Positions 60,301 to 64,000 of a DNA stretch of 64,000 bases are shown in pieces. The translations under genes were made by a program, and so were the position numbers. The number at the start of each line of letters is the position of its first letter. Position 1 is the first letter of the stretch. The notes beneath the pieces were generated by a model, which was not told where the DNA came from, ran no database searches, and saw only the letters and a program-made list of their open reading frames with translations. Location: contig OZ024740.1 of assembly GCA_964016885.1 (NCBI GenBank), forward strand, positions 415,710,001 to 415,774,000, read 5' to 3'. The stretch comes from Eledone cirrhosa. Taxonomy: Eukaryota.

Positions 60301-60639
60301 AGAGAGAACACTGTGGGTATGGACATATGTTGTGTATGGGGGAAGACAGTGAATCAGATATAGAGTATAAGAGAGAACACTGTGGGTATGGACATATGTT
60401 GTGTATGGGGGATGACAGTGAATCAGATATAGTGTGTAAGAGAGAACACTGTGGGTATGGACATATGTTGTGTATGGGGGATGACAGTGAATCAGATATA
60501 GTGTGTAAGAGAGAACACTGTGGGTATGGACATATGTTGTGTATGGGGGATGACAGTGAATCAGATATAGTGTGTGAGAGAGAACACTGTGGGTATGGAT
60601 ATATGTTGTGTATGGGGGAAGACAGTGAATCAGATATAG
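41790..60639. repeat. Tandem duplication of a 137-monomer (9450 bp) block (about 41790-51258 matches about 51240-60639)
   Basis: ORFs 42191/51641, 43771/53221, 47227/56677, 48463/57913 and 49434/58884 are offset by 9450. The offset drops to 9381 after a one-monomer difference (50118/59499, 50601/59982). Confidence 0.93.
50040..51030. repeat. 7-monomer (483 bp) tandem duplication, copied again at about 59420-60410
   Basis: GATACAGTGTGAAAG occurs at ~50079 and ~50562, and GAGTATAAG at ~50499 and ~50982. ORF starts 50118/50601 and 59499/59982 each differ by 483 = 7x69. Confidence 0.87.
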
Positions 60640-63600
60640 AGTGTAAGATAGAACACCGTGGGTATGGACATATGTTGTGTATGGGGGATGGCAGTGAATC
60701 AGATATAGAGTGTAAGAGAGAACACTGTGGGTATGGACATATGTTGTGTATGGGGGATGACAATGAATCAGATATAGTGTGTAAGAGAGAACACTGTGGG
60801 TATGGACATATGTTGTGCATGGTGGATGACAGTGAATCAGATATAGTGTGTAAGAGAGAACACTGTGGGTATGGACATATGTTGTGTATGTGGGAAGACA
60901 GTGAATCAGATATAGAGTGTAAGAGAGAACACTGTGGGTATGGACATATGTTGTGTATGGGGGAAGAGAGTGAATCAGATATAGAGTGTAAGAGAGAACA
61001 CTGTGGGTATGGACATATGTTGTGTATGGGGGATGACAGTGAATCAGATATAGTGTGTAAGAGAGTACACTGTGGGTATGGACTTATGTTGTGTATGGGG
61101 GATGACAGTGAATCAAATATAGTGTGTAAGAGAGAACACTGTGGGTATGGACATATGTTGTTTATGGGGGATGACAGTGAATCAGATATAGTGTGTAAGA
61201 GAGAACACTGTGGGTATGGACATATGTTGTGTATGGTGGTTGACAGTGAATCAGATATAGTGTGTAAGAGAGAACACTGTGGGTATGGACATATGTTGTG
61301 TATGGGGGATGACAGTGAATCAAATATAGTGTGTAAGAGAGAACACTGTGGGTATGGACATATGTTGTGTATAGGGGATGAGAGTGAATCAGATATAGTG
61401 TGTAAGAGAGAACACTGTGGGTATGGAGATATGTTGTGTATGGGGGATGACAGTGAATCAAATATAGTGTGTAAGAGAGAACACTGTGGGTATGGACATA
61501 TGTTGTGTATGGGGGATGACAGTGAATCAGATATAGTGTGTAAGAGAGAACACTGTGGGTATGGACATATGTTGTGTATGGGGATGACAGTGAATCAAAT
61601 ATAGTGTGTAAGAGAGAACACTGTGGGTATGGACATATGTTGTGTATGGGGGATGACAGTGAATCAGATATAGTGTGTAAGAGAGAACACTGTGGGTATG
61701 GACATATGTTGTGTATGGTGGTTGACAGTGAATCAGTTATAGTGTGTAAGAGAGAACACTGTGGGTATGGACATATGTTGTGTATGGTGGATGACAGTGA
61801 CTCAGATATAGTGTGTAAGAGAGAACACTGTGGGTATGGACATATGTTGTTATGGGGGAAGACAGTGAATCAGATATAGAGTGTAAGAGAGAACACTGTG
61901 GGTATGGACATATGTTGTGTATGGGCGATGACAGTGAATCAGATATAGTGTGTAAGAGAGATCACTGTGGGTATGGACATATGTTGTGCATGGTGGATGA
62001 CGATGAATCAGATATAGTGTGTAAGAGAGAACACTGTGGGTATGAACATATGTTGTGTATGGGGGATGACAGTGAATCAGATATAGTGTGTAAGAGAGAA
62101 CACTGTGGGTATGGGCATATGTTGTGCATGATGGATGACAGTGAATCAGATAGAGTGTATAAAAGAGAACACTGTGGGTATGGACATATGTTGTGTATGG
62201 GGGATGACAGTGAATCAGATATAGTGTGTAAGAGAGAACACTGTGGGTATGGACATATGTTGTGTATGGGGGAAGACAGTGAATCAGATATAGAGTGTAA
62301 GAGAGAACATTGTGGGTATGGACATATGTTGTGTATGGGGGAAGACAGTGAATCAGATATAGTGTGTAAGAGAGAACACTGTGGGTATGGACATATGTTG
62401 TGTATGGGGGAAGACAGTGAATCAGATATAGAGTGTAAGAGAGAACACTGTGGGTATGGACATATTTTGTGTATGGGGTATGACAGTGAATCAGATATAG
62501 AGTGTAAGAGAGAACACTGTGGGTATGGACATATGTTGTGTATGGGGGATGACAGTGAATCAGATATAGTGTGTAAGAGAGAACACTGTGGGTATGGACA
62601 TATGTTATGTATGGGGGATGACAGTGAATCAGATATAGTGTGTAAGAGAGAACACTGTGGGTATGGACATATGTTGTGTATGGGGGATGACAGTGAATCA
62701 GATATAGTGTGTAAGAGAGAACACTGAGGGTATGGACATGTGTTGTGTATGTGGGATGACAGTGAATCTGATATAGTGTGTAAGAGAGAACACTGAAGGT
62801 ATGGACATATGTTGTGTATGGGGGATGACAGTGAATCAGATATAGAGTGTAAGAGAGAACACTGTGGGTATGGACATATGTTGTGTATGGGGGATGACAG
62901 TGAATCAGATATAGTGTGTAAGAGAGAACACTGTGGGTATGGACATATGTTGTGCATGGTGGATGACAGTGAATCAGATATAGTGTGTAAGAGAGAACAC
63001 TGTGGCTATGGACATATGTTGTGTATGGGGGAAGACAGTGAATCAGATATAGAGTGTAAGAGAGAACACTGTGGGTATGGACATATGTTGTGTATGGGGG
63101 AAGACAGTGAATCAGATATAGAGTGTAAGAGAGAACACTGTGGGTATGGACATATGTTGTGTATGGGGCATGACAGTGAATCAGATATAGTGTGTAAGAG
63201 AGAACACTGTGGGTATGGACATATGTTGTGTATGGGGGATGACAGTGAATCAGATACAGTGTGAAAGAGAGAACACTGTGGGTATGGACATATGTTGTGT
63301 ATGGTGGATGACAGTGAATCAGATATAGTGTGTACGAGAGAACACTGTGGGTATGGACATATGTTGAGTATGGGGGAAGACAGTGAATCAGATATAGAGT
63401 GTAAGAGAGAACACTGTGGGTATGGACATATGTTGTGTATGGGCGATGACACTGAATCAGATATAGTGTGTAAGAGAGATCACTGTGGGTATGGACATAT
63501 GTTGTGCATGGTGGATGACAGTGAATCAGATATAGTGTGTAAGAGAGAACACTGTGGGTATGGACATATGTTGTGTATGGGGGATGACAGTGAATCAGAT

Positions 63601-64000
63601 ATAGTGTGTAAGAGAGAACACTGTGGGTATGGACATATGTTGTGCATGATGGATGACAGTGAATCAGATATAGTGTGTAAGAGAGAACACTGTGGGTATG
63701 GACATATGTTGTGTATGGGGGAAGACAGTGAATCAGATATAGAGTGTAAGAGAGAACACTGTGGGTATGGACATATGTTGTGTATGGGGGATGACAGTGA
63801 ATCAGATATAGTGTGTAAGAGAGAACACTGTGGGTATGGACATATGTTGTGTATGGGGGATGACAGTGAATCAGATATAGTATGTAAGAGAGAACACTGT
63901 GGGTATGGACATATGTGGTGTATGGGGGATGACAGTGAATCAGATATAGTGTGTAAGAGAGAACACTGTGGGTATGGACATATGTTGTGTATGGGGGAAG

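Larger units (their letters stand above)
1..64000. repeat. Tandem satellite array, 69-bp monomer, about 927 copies, running off both window ends
   Basis: Consensus GATATAGTGTGTAAGAGAGAACACTGTGGGTATGGACATATGTTGTGTATGGGGGATGACAGTGAATCA recurs every 69 bp in one orientation. Monomers typically differ by 0-3 substitutions, and indels are rare (1 bp; one of 5 bp). The ORF track shows the matching 23-aa period. Confidence 0.99.

Noticed and set aside
454-63264. Plus-strand ORFs resembling zinc-finger or metallothionein-like proteins
   Set aside because: The Cys/His spacing does not fit C2H2 (C-x2-4-C-x12-H-x3-5-H) or CCHC knuckle patterns. Recurrent in-frame stops (CAC TGA, ATA TAG, GTG TGA) and frameshifts are copied along the array.
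23168-63455. Variants that make one half-monomer resemble the other (GAAGACTG, GATCAC, TCACATAT, GGAGATAT, GACACTGA), suggesting out-of-register conversion
   Set aside because: Each is a single-base change that chance can explain; no multi-site conversion tract was seen.
1-64000. CRISPR array (69-bp period and 36+33 substructure resemble repeat+spacer sizes)
   Set aside because: There are no unique spacers: both halves are near-identical in all units. No leader or cas genes are present.
1-64000. Tandem tRNA/5S/snRNA gene array or telomeric repeat
   Set aside because: There is no cloverleaf potential (only 5 C per monomer), no recognisable A/B boxes, and no TTAGGG-type short unit.

Overview
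The whole 64 kb window is one uninterrupted head-to-tail tandem array (satellite/macro-minisatellite DNA) of a 69-bp monomer, about 927 copies. It has no flanking unique sequence, no inversions and no inserted elements. The consensus, in phase with position 1, is GATATAGTGTGTAAGAGAGAACACTGTGGGTATGGACATATGTTGTGTATGGGGGATGACAGTGAATCA (24 G, 21 A, 19 T, 5 C; 42% GC; no CpG). All listed ORFs are translations of this repeat and I do not accept any as genes. I found no rRNA, tRNA, CRISPR array or transposon. The informative structure is in the monomer variants. (i) The monomer appears to be a diverged dimer of 36+33 bp. (ii) Variant monomers recur in a fixed order, implying a degenerate ancestral higher-order unit of roughly 12-30 monomers. 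(iii) Nested recent duplications of 3, 4, 7, 12, 32, 41/53, 73, 113/117 and 137 monomers overlie this. (iv) A left domain (about 1-30 kb) and a right domain (about 38-60.6 kb) carry private variants and are separated by a more diverged, mostly single-copy zone, part of which reappears about 30.5 kb downstream. The organism and chromosomal context cannot be determined from the sequence; a eukaryotic origin is an inference. I see no evidence for a novel protein-coding system. Block boundaries were read by eye and are approximate.
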